DNA from: Octopus sinensis | Taxonomy: Eukaryota | Length of the DNA stretch: 64,000 nucleotides | Direction of reading: 5' to 3' | NCBI RefSeq assembly: GCF_006345805.1 | Contig: NC_043000.1 | Coordinates: 48,794,001-48,858,000, forward strand | Shown: piece after piece, positions 1-12,363 of the stretch | Position numbering within the stretch: position 1 is the first letter of the stretch | Layout: each line of letters begins with the position of its first letter | The notes under the pieces: model-generated | Database searches by the model: none | What the model was told of the DNA's origin: nothing | The model's input: the letters and a program-made list of their open reading frames with translations, nothing else | Translations under genes and position numbers: made by a program

Positions 1-235
1 TTATTTTCTTTTCTCTTTTCCCCTGTCATCTTTCGGAAATAATCATTTGTTTTAGAACAGCCCAATATAAACGTTGATGGATGATTTGTAGTTAAGCAAG
101 ATAACCAAATATATGCCGCATAATTTTAAACAAAAGTTCTGATAATACAGTTCTTCATTTAAGAGATGAGGAATTATGTACCTTATTTACATTATTTACA
201 TTCGATGGATAATTGTCCTTATATTGCTTGTTGTT

Positions 236-286
236 AATACAACGTTCCGGCTAATATACCCCGTCCCCCAGCATTCTTCAGGTGTC
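236..286 (-). ncRNA. Degenerate minimal type-I hammerhead ribozyme motif
   Basis: Minus strand reads gacac-CTGAAGA-a-tgctg...tagcc-GGAA-cg-tt-gtatt: CUGANGA intact, GAAA mutated to GGAA, ACGU palindromic helix III. Confidence 0.6.
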
Positions 287-603
287 TTGGGGAAATTTTG
301 AACCTGGGTTCTCATTCCAATGGTATTTTTGATGTTTTATAATTATTATTATTATTATTATCATCATCATCATCATCATCATCATTGCTGTTGTTATTGT
401 TGTTGTTCAGGTCAATACTTGGAATCGAACTCGGAATCTTGGGGTTAGTAGCATATGGCATAATGGTTAATAGCGCGGGCTACTAGCCCCAAGATTCCAA
501 GTTCGATTCCATGCAGTAACCCGAACAACAACAACAATAATAATAATAACAACAACATTGAAAATACCTTAGGAATGAGAACCCATGTTCGAAATTTCCC
601 TAA

Positions 604-646
604 GGCACCTGAATAAGGCTGGAGGGTATATTAGTCGAATTGTGTT
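604..646 (+). ncRNA. Degenerate minimal hammerhead motif (second arm)
   Basis: ggcac-CTGAATA-a-ggctg-gagggtatat-tagtc-GAA-tt-gtgtt; helices I and II can still pair, core boxes damaged. Confidence 0.5.
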
Positions 647-859
647 AACAGCAAACAAGATGAGGACAAATATCCGTCGAATTTAAATAATGTAAATAAT
701 GAAAAGTTCTGATATAAAAAATTTCCACGGAAGCTGTGGATATCATCAGTTACGGACATATTTAAAAACATGACATAAGAGCAGTTAACATGAAATTGCC
801 GACACAAGTGTAAGCTATGAAGTAAAAATATCACAAGTTCCAAACTTCAATGTTTGTTT

Positions 860-895
<36 letters not shown>

Positions 896-908
896 GTGTG
901 TGTGTGTG

Positions 909-943
<35 letters not shown>

Positions 944-1193
944 TCGTCCTTTACTTCTATAGTAATTGGAGAAGGACCATGTTGAAACAGAGCCTCTTCT
1001 AGTTAGTTGAGCAAATCGACTCCATGTCTTATTTTTAATCGGATAATTTGTTTTTTTAACATCTAAATAAACGAGAACATTAACAAGCCAATACTGGTTA
1101 CAAAGCGCTGTGAGGATCAGCACAACAAACCACGTATATAGACGCCCAGACACACATACACATATATACACAAATACACATATAATATAATAA

Positions 1194-1381
1194 TTTCTAT
1201 TAAAAGCGCAAGGCCTGAAATTTGGTGGGAGGAGGCTAGTCGGGTACATCACCTTCCCAGGTTTTCACTAGTACTTTATTTATTGACTCCGAAATAATGA
1301 AAGGCAAAGTCAACTTCGGCGGACGAAATGCCGCTAAGCATTTCGCCCATCGTACTAAATATTCTGCCAGCTCACCGCCTT
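1194..1381 (-). mobile_element. Family A tRNA-derived SINE (internally deleted)
   Basis: Reverse complement of the 59241 copy (aggcggtgagctggcagaa head; gttgactttgcctttcat body). Confidence 0.85.
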
Positions 1382-1404
1382 AGACACACATATAACATAA
1401 TTAT

Positions 1405-1617
1405 TTCAAGTTTTTGGCACAGACGTAGCTTGGGGGTGGGGATTAAGCACTGGGGTCAAACAGAAAATCGACCCCAGTGCTTAACTGATACTTATTTAAT
1501 GAACACCGAAAAGATGAAAGGTAAAGTCGACCTCGGTAGAATTTGAACTCAGAACGCAACGACGGGTGAAATACCACTAAACATTTAACCCGGCGCGCTA
1601 ACGATTCTGCCAGCACT
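1405..1617 (-). mobile_element. Family A tRNA-derived SINE
   Basis: gatgaaaggtaaagtcgacctcggtagaatttgaactcagaacg...aacgattctgccagc is the reverse complement of the family A core with B-box gagttcaaattc. Confidence 0.9.
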
Positions 1618-3529
1618 CCAGAGAAATACATTAAACAATTACAATTTTTTTTTTTAAGGAAGTAGATTATGAATTTACAGAGATTTATCTGTTAATTCTA
1701 GCCTCTCAAATACATCGCATAGAAATCTCCTGTCAACTTTTTCAGATTCAGAATCATCATATCAATCAGTCACATATCGCACCTTATTTCAGTCATATAT
1801 TTTCGACCTAGACTTAACGTAATTATTTTCATATTTATTACAAACTAACCAGACAATAAGATAACATGTAGGTTGTTCTTACATCACTAGTGTTTACCAG
1901 AATACAAAAGCTGCCATAAATACTATTCCGTGAAAATTCCATTTTTGATAGATATAACACTGATCGAGTAGTGCTGTGTTTTGGCGACAGTAGAAAAAAA
2001 TGAAGTAAATATATTGCTGTGTTTAGTTATACCTCTTTATTTCCCTTCTGATTTCAATTTCGGTTACGGCCTATATTACATTCAGAAATGCAGGATAGAC
2101 ATAATAAATATCGATACTGATATTCGGGTTCACTAAATTCACAATACTCAGTGAGAGAAGCATGTGTGTCAGCCGTAGGGTCTGTTACTGCTTAAAATGG
2201 TTCATAAGGTACAAATTATATATTATAAGTGCTATATATAATTCTATAAGTAAGAGTTGACTTATAATCATTGAGATTTGTGATACTTGATGAGACTAAT
2301 AGTCTTACGTATATTATTTGAAATACTGAAATGGCCATCCATACTAGGGGGTCTTGTTCCCTTTACAATTTCAGCCATTTTACTAAGTAAGTAGTTGCTA
2401 ATTATACAACTTTCGATTTATTCATACAAGTTATTGTTTATATTAGCAGCACTCTCAAATTAATATATTCAGTGTCATATTACTTCGTATATATACAAAG
2501 GGTTTTGTTAGAATCGATCCTGATAACGGTAAAACTTCACACGGCTTGTAAAGACGGATTGATACAACTGTCGAAAATCGACATCACAAACGAATAGTTT
2601 GAATTCAGTCAACGCCGAAAGATATATATATATATTTGTGTAGAAATATAGATATGGAATATTAATGGAAACGAAACTTTAATACGTCAGAAATCTCATA
2701 CGGTGACGCAAATAATTTATGAAACCCTATAGACATAGAGAAATAAAAGAAATCTCAACATATGGCGTTTAAATAACATTTCTATTAATTTATAATGCAC
2801 ATTTGTTTTCAATTCGCAAATTTGCGTTTGTTAGGCTTACCATGTGTGTATGTGTGTGTGTTGTGCGCGCCTATGTGTTAGTGTATATATACATATACAC
2901 TGCGCATATACACACATATATATGTGTACGTGTGTCTGTGTGTGTGTGTCTCCCTTTCTCTCTGTATTTGTATTGCCAAGTATGTAAATTTTGCTTGTGT
3001 GTGCAGATATATGTGTAAGCTTACGGGTGTCTGTACACCGACGCTAAAAATTGCAAATATCTGTGATACTTACATAAATCAATATATTTGATAGGTTTCC
3101 ATTCATATGTACACAGATATGCATGTCTTCACACACACACACATCACACACACACACACACCACACACACACAAACACACACTGATACTTACACATAAAT
3201 TTCTAAAGCACTTTTGTTGTATGTTTAGTAACCACGCTCTAGTCTGTCTGTCATATGTTTTCTAAATAAGAAGTTAATGCTGCAATATTTAATCAAGGAT
3301 ATTTCAAACATCATGCAAGATGAATTTACATTATTTGACGCCATTTCTGCAAATTAAAACAGGGTTTTGTCGAATGTTAATTCCCAGCAATGTCTGCACA
3401 TACTTGTAACAAACAAACACATCGTCGCATTCTACTGTTTCATCTATATATTAATTTTTACTATACACCATTGAAATAATTCAAAATTATTTGCATTTAC
3501 AAAAGCATATTTTTTCCACATTATTAGAT

Positions 3530-3683
3530 GCAGACATGAATGTGTGGTTATGATGCTAGCTAGCTTTGCAATCACGTGGTTTCAGGTACAATTCTATTAG
3601 GCGGCAGTTAGCACAAGTTCCTTTTTGTATAGCCCGTGCAGACAAGTCTTGCGAGATAATTTTGTAGAGAATGAAAACCAGGC

Positions 3684-3748
<65 letters not shown>

Positions 3749-4012
3749 TGTGTGTATATATATGTGTGTGTGAGTGTGTGCAATTCGTATCTTTGTTTCC
3801 CCAACTTCTACCGCTTGTCAGTCCGTTGTTGGTTCGTTTACTTACCTGTGGTTTATGAGTTCCTTAAAAGAAATCGATGGAACGAGTACCAGACTTAGCA
3901 AAAGTAAGCACTGGTGTCGATGTATTCAATCAATGCAACACAAAACCCGTTATGAAATTGCCTCAGCCTAGATGCAGTCCAGTCCAATGAGTGAAATAAG
4001 TGAAAGATGAAA
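3530..4012 (+). mobile_element. Family B tRNA-derived SINE, old copy with expanded internal (TA)n/(TG)n
   Basis: Collinear with 34120-34574 and 21129-21486: tgtgtggtt head, tatagcc, internal microsatellite, accgcttg..gttgg, ctggtgtcgat, purine-rich tail. Confidence 0.75.
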
Positions 4013-4339
4013 GGCAAAACATAAAAGATAACATAGCTACAAGTATCAATATCACTAATTCATATTATGTGAATATTTAAATATAATTAGGAGACGTATT
4101 TAAAATGTCTGATTTCTGCGTTTGTGAGTGAGTTAGATATGGCTTGATTAATAAGCGAGCATAAAATAGATAGATAACTCTAGAGATTCATAATAATTGA
4201 CTTGTATAATGTATAATATTATATTAAGTTACATCCACTACCTTTATTTCAATAACATGTATCAGTACACGTTTTCGAATATATATCCATTCATAAATTT
4301 ACATAAGTAAAAACGTACACGCGCACAATGACACAGAAT

Positions 4340-4370
4340 ATATATATGCATATACATATGTGTAAGTATG

Positions 4371-4414
<44 letters not shown>

Positions 4415-5067
4415 CGTGTGTGTATATGTATATACATATAAGCATATAAGCATATTATATATGGATACACCTATTAACTGATATGCCTCTATATGCATAT
4501 GTATATATATATATGCATGTACGTGCGAATATTTATGTATATATGTACATACATATGTATGCGGCTATATATGTATATATATACATACATCGATGTACGT
4601 GCACCCGTACATTTCTACACACATATTTGTGTGTTCCTCTATGTGTGTGCGTATGTATGTATAGATACACACCCATGTAGGTACATAGAACTCCTAACTT
4701 ATACAGATGCCTCATAATATATATGTACACCTTGGTTTTAATATTGCTATAAACTTATGAAAATATATTTGTATCCACGGATAATGTTTGTACTCTTTTG
4801 ATACAAGCAATAAACACTACTAATCTAATTTTAAGTAATTATTTATTCTTTCACACGATAACAGGTAAATATACATCTGTCTTTATCTATCTCTCTATCT
4901 ATCTGTATATTTATTTATCTATCTGGCAGTCTGCCTGCCTGTCTTTCTCTCCTTCTCTCTTTCTCTTTCTCTCTTTCCGTATATGTCTATATCTATATCT
5001 ATGTATATATGTATCTATCTATATATCTATCTATCTGTCTATCTATTTTCTGTATATCTGTCTACCG

Positions 5068-5102
<35 letters not shown>

Positions 5103-5108
5103 CATGTA

Positions 5109-5163
<55 letters not shown>

Positions 5164-5245
5164 GTATATATATGTATATATATATGTGTGTGTATATATA
5201 TATATATATATAAGCCTGTGTGTATGTATTTATATATTTATACGT
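4340..5245. repeat. Compound microsatellite field (TA)n, (TATG)n, (TCTA)n, (TC)n
   Basis: Directly visible; explains the overlapping YIYIYI ORFs. Confidence 0.9.
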
Positions 5246-6127
5246 ATGAATTTGAAATATACTTTGTTTCAAATCCTGTATAATTTGCAATTTGCGTATT
5301 TCTATGAGTGTCTAACTGAAACATACACATGCATATCAGTTATTATCCTGCCCAGAGATATCCTTAGTTGCGCATTCGCAAAAACGCACTCGTGTACGTT
5401 TGCACACAAGCAAACACAATCATACATCCATATTTTCAGAGAGTGTGTGTGGGGGGGGGGATTTTATGATAAATGAAAATGACAATAAGAAAATATAAAA
5501 CGATATTTGTTTAGAGATTTTGTTATTAGTTTTACACTCAAAAGAGGTAGATTCGGTAATGCTTTACGTTTTGTATTTAACACCTACAGCAGAAAAAGAT
5601 CAAAAGAAATTTTAGATTTAAAAAGAAAATTGCAAGGAAGAAAAATAAGGTGTAAATCATAATGGAAATATGTGAAAGTTAGAAGAATAACGGATAGAGA
5701 AGATCGGGATTGTGGAATAAACTGAATATAATGTAAATCGTATATTAATATACATGTGTGGTAGTCATGCTAAGGTTTATGTGTGTTGTTAGAATGTCTG
5801 GATATGTCGGTTTAAATGTAACATTTAATATTACATTTGGTGTGCTGCGTTTAAGATTTTGTTGTATGTAGCATATTTGAATTAGTGTTAAGATAAATTC
5901 TCGTGCTTTTGAAAATTAGAATTTTTGATGAAGAAGAATAACCACGATATGACATACGCGGAAATTTTATCAGCATTTTTTGAAAATATTCCCATTTGTC
6001 TCTCCTAGACCCAAGAGATCCAGTAGAACTATTGTATGTTCTGAGTTATTCCATACATGCGTCCATACATACATACACACATACATACATGCATAGATAC
6101 ATAATACATACATATATTCCTACCTGC

Positions 6128-6303
6128 ATACGTATATTGGTTTGCTTACGCCTTCGGAAATTAGCGGCTCGGCAAAATTACCCTATTCAGTAGTAACCAA
6201 CCATTACAAATGAAAAACTGCGGTCGATGTGTTCGAGTAAAAATCTTCAAAGTGGTCCCCAGCCTTGTTACTGTCCAGTGGTTGAGATAAGAAAAAGATA
6301 AGA
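6128..6303 (+). mobile_element. Family B SINE, 3' half
   Basis: ttagcggctcggcaaaa...ggtcgatgtgttcgagtaaaaatcttcaaagtggtccccagc...aagaaaaagataaga matches the 3' half of other copies. Confidence 0.7.
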
Positions 6304-6309
6304 GATCAT

Positions 6310-6349
<40 letters not shown>

Positions 6350-6384
6350 GTGTGTGTGTGTATGATCTCTTATCTTTTTCTTAT
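6287..6384. repeat. Fold-back inverted duplication centred on (CA)n(TA)n(TG)n
   Basis: 6287-6310 ataagaaaaagataagagatcata is the exact reverse complement of 6361-6384. Confidence 0.9.
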
Positions 6385-7367
6385 ATATATATATACACAT
6401 ACACATATTATAAATGGAAGCCTTGAAGAAATGAAACTGCCAGTTGTATTAGATTTTGTAAGCTAAGTCTATTGGACAAATCTTTGACTTTTCTTTGTCT
6501 AGTAACCTTTAACAATTGATTTCCTAATCTGGTCGATTGACTCATCTCGATTAATACGAAGAAAAAAGTGCCGTTTTGTTACTGGCTCTTTTTAGAAACT
6601 ATTTGAAATCTTTTGGTTTGCTGTTCTTATGAATATTTGATTGTCATTGTAACTAGACTTGTTCTAAAGTTATTTGCTATAACTTCTCTTTCACTCATTG
6701 AATGCAGTTTATAACAGCTGTAGACTACATTTCCTTTTCTTTTCAAAGCTGGTATCAATGAAATGTTTTTATTTGCCATTTATCGCATTTTTCTCATGAT
6801 CCTGCATTCGATCAAATATATCGAAGTGTTTTTTTATGATCGTTACCCTTTGAGTATTGGTAAGAATTTATTCGTCTGCGGCGACGTATATCCAACATCG
6901 ATATTCAAGAACTGAAGTACTTGAATATATATGTATGTGTGTGTGTGTGAGCACAGGCGTGTATGTATGTGTGTGAGAGAGAGAGAATGTGTATTTGTAT
7001 CAAAGATTTGACTGAAAGAAATTCGCTAATCATGTAAACCAGTGCAGTTCGTGCATTACTTCACCAGGAGGGAACTAAATTGGCTATTCTACAATAACGA
7101 GTGATATTTGGGGATATATGTACCATGAAAACTGAAATCGTATCGCAGCAACTCAGGTATGCGTAGATGCACATCACTGTAGAAGTTTATGGCCACTCTC
7201 TGTAATATCTATAAACTCAGTATGTCCGGGTTTGTACATTGCTGTCAGTGCATATTGCACTACTAGAGTGAAAGAGAGAGAGAAAGAAAGAATGAAAGTA
7301 CTACTTAAAATTGTAAAATGTATTAGTACTTAAATGTTTTGAAAGCAGGCCCGTAAAATAATATCGA

Positions 7368-7583
7368 TTTCAAATTTCGGCAGGCCAGGGATTTCGGGGA
7401 GAGTTGGGTAAGTCGATTACATCTAACCCCAGTACTCAACTAGTACTTAATCAGTATTAGTACATGAAAGTATGAAAGTCAAATCTAACTTCGTTGGAAT
7501 CCGAACTCACAAGGTGCAGATGGACAAAGGACTGCTAAGCATTTCGTCCGGCGTGCTTAACAATTCTACCAGCTCGCCAACTT
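7368..7583 (-). mobile_element. Family A SINE, diverged
   Basis: aagtcgattacatctaaccccagtactcaac...gctaagcatttcgtccggcgtgc..caattctaccagctcgcc. Confidence 0.8.
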
Positions 7584-9685
7584 ATAGTTTTTCATAATTA
7601 TTAACAGATGTTTAACAACAGATATATTTACTAATTTAAAACCAGGATGCACGAAATATATGATTTATCTTGCTCTGTGGAATGTTATTAGAGGTATGAT
7701 AGAAAACTAATCGATCAGGAACTTTTGTGAAAGCTGAACTTTTATGAAACTACTAGTGTACCAGAGTATCACATTATGAAGAATATGGGTTTATCGGTCC
7801 CACAGTTCCAAAGTGGGATTTGCTAAAATAAAATTGCCAAATTAGGTGAAACAACTAACCCATATTAGAGTCAGGATTTTTGTTCTCATTGATAAGAGGT
7901 TATGGCAAATTGATCTTCGTTTATGTGCTAGATGTTCAAAACTGAAGGTTTAAAGAAAATTTGGGTATCTGTATTTGTAAATGTGCGTATGCATGTATGC
8001 GTACATTTATGTTATCTTACAGTTATTCCTTAATGATATAATGTATTAATATTGAAACAAAATTCAATGCAAGATATAGAAAGATATGGATATATTTCGT
8101 TTAACTACCTTTTCATAATCGTGTTTTTGTGTCACCATCCTGGTTGTCTATAAAATATGTATCACCTATTAGGAGTGTGAGATTTAATCAAATCTACCAT
8201 TACTTTTAAAGTCCCCATGTAGCTTGAGGAAACATTCCTATTTGCACACAATTCTTTCACATCTGCTATTGCATAATATTCAAATTAGAATTTCATTCTA
8301 TAAATATACTTTCAGTCAATGACTAATGTGTAGTCAATGAATTATATGAAGTCCACTGCGATTTAATTCTGTTTTCTTCATAGATGTGAAAAATATAATT
8401 ATTTTAGTCTTTTTTCATACATTCACTGCTTATAGAGTCTATCGGATATAACACTAATCATTGATTTTCTTTTCTATTAATCCAAATTATCAAACACTTG
8501 TCGATTTATATTCTTATTTTAAATCCGAAAAGGATAAAACTAAAATTTGACCTTTATTTTAAACGACAGAGTCAGAATGTGATTTATTGTTTTCTTGAAT
8601 TTTTGAAGAAAGAAAACAATTTATTGCTGAAGCATATTACAGCATCCGACTACTGTTCAGTCTATCAAAATTGGTCTGGTGCGTCAGCTTTAAATTTGTT
8701 GATAATTGAGGAAGCTGTGTTAATAGTAATTGCCAATTAAACGAATTGCTTTTTGGTGCATATGATAAATTACTAGATGTAATGTACATTGCTATTTCCA
8801 GTATAGCGTCAAGTAAAAAGAAAGAGCTTCATGATTAAATCACTTAATTCATTTCTTAATTATTAGAGGCCAAATGTTGGGTTTGCAGTGATGACAAAAA
8901 TTACGCTACAGCAATTAATATTAAATGTCAAGTGTTTCTTATTTCTTTCAGAAATTATAATGTAAACCTTACTCAATTTCGCCAACGACGCTTTTATATC
9001 TCAATTAAAACCTATTCCTTCAAATCTCGAGATAATTCTAAGTCAACCTAAATAATCAATACGAATCAATATTTAGACATGGTCTTTGTAAATCATCCTG
9101 AAAAGTATTCGAGAGCAAATGTTCTTGTTGCTACGAGATACAACTTCTTAAACACATTCTATGAGAGCTTTGTAATATTTCTATTCTACTGTCATTGGTG
9201 AGTTGTATTTTCTTAAAACATGCTATCCAATCGCGTAAATTTTATTACAAATATCGATTCACAGTGACGCATTTTTGATGATTTATTCTTTTATTATTGC
9301 ACAAGTAATTCTACAGTAGCCGGTCTTTTGTTTGGAATTACAACGATTCTTTCTTTCACTCAACCGCCATATTCTAATCATAAACTATACTTTTTCTTTA
9401 CAACATTGCTTTACAATTCAGAATGTGTATACATACTCATCCCACCGACAATTGTTCGCCTTATTATTGACCGTTAGGTGTAGTAGACTTTATTATGATT
9501 TAAAATGACACTATTAAACAAATTGCTTGCATAGAAAGAAAATAATGAATGAAAAAGTAAATCTTTTATACGATCGATTGGTTTTGTAAACTGTTGTCTC
9601 CATTCTCTAAAAATTAAAAATACGAAAAGACATTGCTTCTTTCTTGAAAACCATATAACATAATGAAATTACATCAACAGGTACA

Positions 9686-9702
9686 TATATATATATAGAG
9701 AG

Positions 9703-9797
<95 letters not shown>

Positions 9798-9800
9798 GAT
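9686..9800. repeat. (TA)n(GA)n(GATA)n microsatellite
   Basis: Directly visible. Confidence 0.95.
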
Positions 9801-10203
9801 ATACACCCTCGCACATAGCCAGGCTTACTATCATAAATTTAAATATATGTAGTTAACTATGTGTATATATTTTGCGCGTGGATGAGTTGTTACATAAACG
9901 AATTAGCGGGGGAAACGGAATTAAATTCTATTCGACAGTAGTAATGTGTGTTTATATTCTGTTTATATTTTTGTGGGCTGAAATTTATTCAAGCCATGAC
10001 AGCATGTTACATGTTGCATAATCTGCGAATAGCAATCGGTAGTAGTGTAAATACGTGTGCGGAGAACAAACTCATGCAACCATGTATCATGAAGTACTCA
10101 CCTAAAAGGAAGTGAGTTCTTTTCATGTTCTTTTTAAGAAAGCAATGTAACTTTTACCCGTTTACGTAGCATCTCGACATGGTTCTTGAATATGAGATAT
10201 ACA

Positions 10204-10324
10204 TATTTTATCACCCACGGAAGGTTGAAAGGCAAAAAGTGACCTCGGCAGAATTTGAATTCAGAATGTAAAGACAGACGGAATACCGCAAACTGACGTT
10301 GTAACGATTCTGCCACCTCACCGC
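10204..10324 (-). mobile_element. Family A SINE fragment
   Basis: gaaaggcaaaaagtgacctcggcagaatttgaattcagaatg...aacgattctgccacctcaccgc. Confidence 0.8.
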
Positions 10325-11746
10325 ATAATTTGTTGTAATTTTTGACAGCTAGTTAACTACTGATGTATTTACTAATTTATTTTTATTACTCTTGTTTATC
10401 TATCATATAATTCTTTATGTCAAGCATAAGCAGAAGCCCACTATATTTATGAGGACAGAATTGATTTAATCATCACAAGTATTTGATCGTTACGTATTTC
10501 ATCCATTCTAGAAGGAAGAAAGCAATTTCTAGCATCTAATTATAATTCGCTTTCATGAAACGTTGTTGTAAATTGTAGGAATATTTACATATTTGATGAA
10601 TGCAATATCAGTTCTTAGTTGTAGACAATTCTCTTCATGTACTTTACGAATATCATACCTTTTCTCTTCTCTTACAAAACAAACCCTTTTTTGTGACCTG
10701 GGAAGATATTCAATATTTTATTATAGTTTTAATAGTGTTTAATCTATTTCTATTCTGAATTTGGAACTTAGAAATTGTGAGAATTAACATTACTTTGTAT
10801 CTCCCCAGTTGTAAGAATCAATACGTTTAAATATTGCCCTGGAAAATGGCCTAAACACTTTATAATATAAAGTACTGTTCCTATTTTAGATGTGATAAAT
10901 ATGTCGATAAACTTGTTCATTCGTGTGAAGTCTTAATATTTGTCTTGTAGAAGTGTCTTCGTTTGTTCATTCAAAGAGGTGTATGACGTAACTGCGGTTA
11001 GTTTACGAATTGTGATGTATTTCCTAATGGTACTTAATAAAGTTTCGCAAGACAAATTGCTATATATGCTTATACATACACTTATATAATATTTTTCTCT
11101 CATTATTATGTGCATTTATGCGTGTGTGTGTGCGTGCGTGTGTATGTGTGTGTGCGTGCGTGTGTATGTGTGTGTGTGTGCGTGTGTGTGCGAATATATC
11201 GCCACACCAACTTGAGTAAGTGCAAAGAAAGAAAATATTTGCTATTTCTTGCATATTTCATTTAGAGCAATAAAATTTAGATTGGTTATTGCTGCTGTTA
11301 ATAAGCTAATTATGGTTTTTATGAGATTTTCCACACAGTAGTAACTTACTGAGCTTGCTGTGTGACTTAATTCTAGCTATTACGATAACAAATCCGATAC
11401 GAATGCTTTGTATAAATTTAGGTGAAAGTGGCCATCGAATATGATTACTGTTCATTAAAATATTTCAGTGCCTCAGTATAAGATAATAATCAAATTTCGT
11501 TGTGGATAATAGTTGAAAACAGAAAATGCCAAAGCAAAGAAAGAAGTTATTTAATAAATATTCGACGGATTTGATACATTGAGATGTATCAAAACTACAC
11601 TATAAAAACTAATGCATACATAACAGCTACGTTGCGTTATGAAATTATACTGCCGGATGTGACATTGATCAGGATTCCTGATCTGACTGAAAAATCAAAT
11701 GGACGAATGGCAGCTGGAATATTCTGCCTCGAATAATCATCGTTTC

Positions 11747-11789
<43 letters not shown>

Positions 11790-12296
11790 AGCAACTCGTT
11801 ACATATATAAATAGACAGTGGCACTCAAGAAATATTGTATTATTACACGTTCCTACTTTTGTCTAAGTATATTTCTTATTTATATATCAGCTTCAAAACC
11901 AGGCGTCTATATATTGTACATTTAAATGTACCGTGCATATACATATTCATATACAAACAAATATGTATGTGTTTGCGTGTGTCTATATACATACATAGAC
12001 ATACACAGACATATATATAATGTGTAATACATATATCTGCAAGTGTGTGTAGGCAATGGCTATAATACAGCCTTAAATTATTTATGCCTGACAATTCTTA
12101 CAATTTTTGTCTCTTTTACTTTAATTGATATATATTAACATTAAGAAGGCAATGATTTGACAATGCATCTTGTTCCTGTTGTGAGATTATGTGTAAACGA
12201 AGCTGACTTTGGTTTTTGACGTAACGCTATCAGGAATAAACTGGTATCAACTGAGATGAGTGCAAAACGTTGTAACAAATTTAAAATTCAATTATC

Positions 12297-12363
12297 CTGT
12301 CTGATGAGCGTGTCGGAAGTAGCCTCTGTTTCATTTCTAGTAAACGGAAAACTGAGAAAATAG
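12297..12363 (+). ncRNA. Degenerate hammerhead-like motif
   Basis: ctgt-CTGATGA-gcgt...acg-GAAA-actgagaaa-atag; same architecture as the 18.5 kb and 60.7 kb motifs but with no canonical UH cleavage site. Confidence 0.35.

Larger units (their letters stand above)
145..701. mobile_element. Family E: head-to-head inverted dimer of a tRNA-headed, hammerhead-carrying non-autonomous retroelement
   Basis: Arm ~150-450 is the reverse complement of arm ~451-700. A 13-bp direct repeat aaaagttctgata flanks it (132-144, 702-714) as a TSD. The + arm starts with a tRNA-like head (tggcataatggtt...agttcgattcc). Near-identical element at 14598-14917. Confidence 0.85.

Noticed and set aside
451-520. Genuine tRNA gene (also heads at 15430, 32491, 59241 and ~37713-37762)
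   Set aside because: No convincing acceptor stem or T-run terminator; most continue into a repeated SINE body, several with TSDs.
10096-10116. Minus-strand recursive-splice-like sites (polypyrimidine-AG|GTGAGT) here and at 49052-49075
   Set aside because: About one AGGTGAGT is expected by chance in this much AT-rich DNA, and both are explained as one arm of a local inverted repeat.
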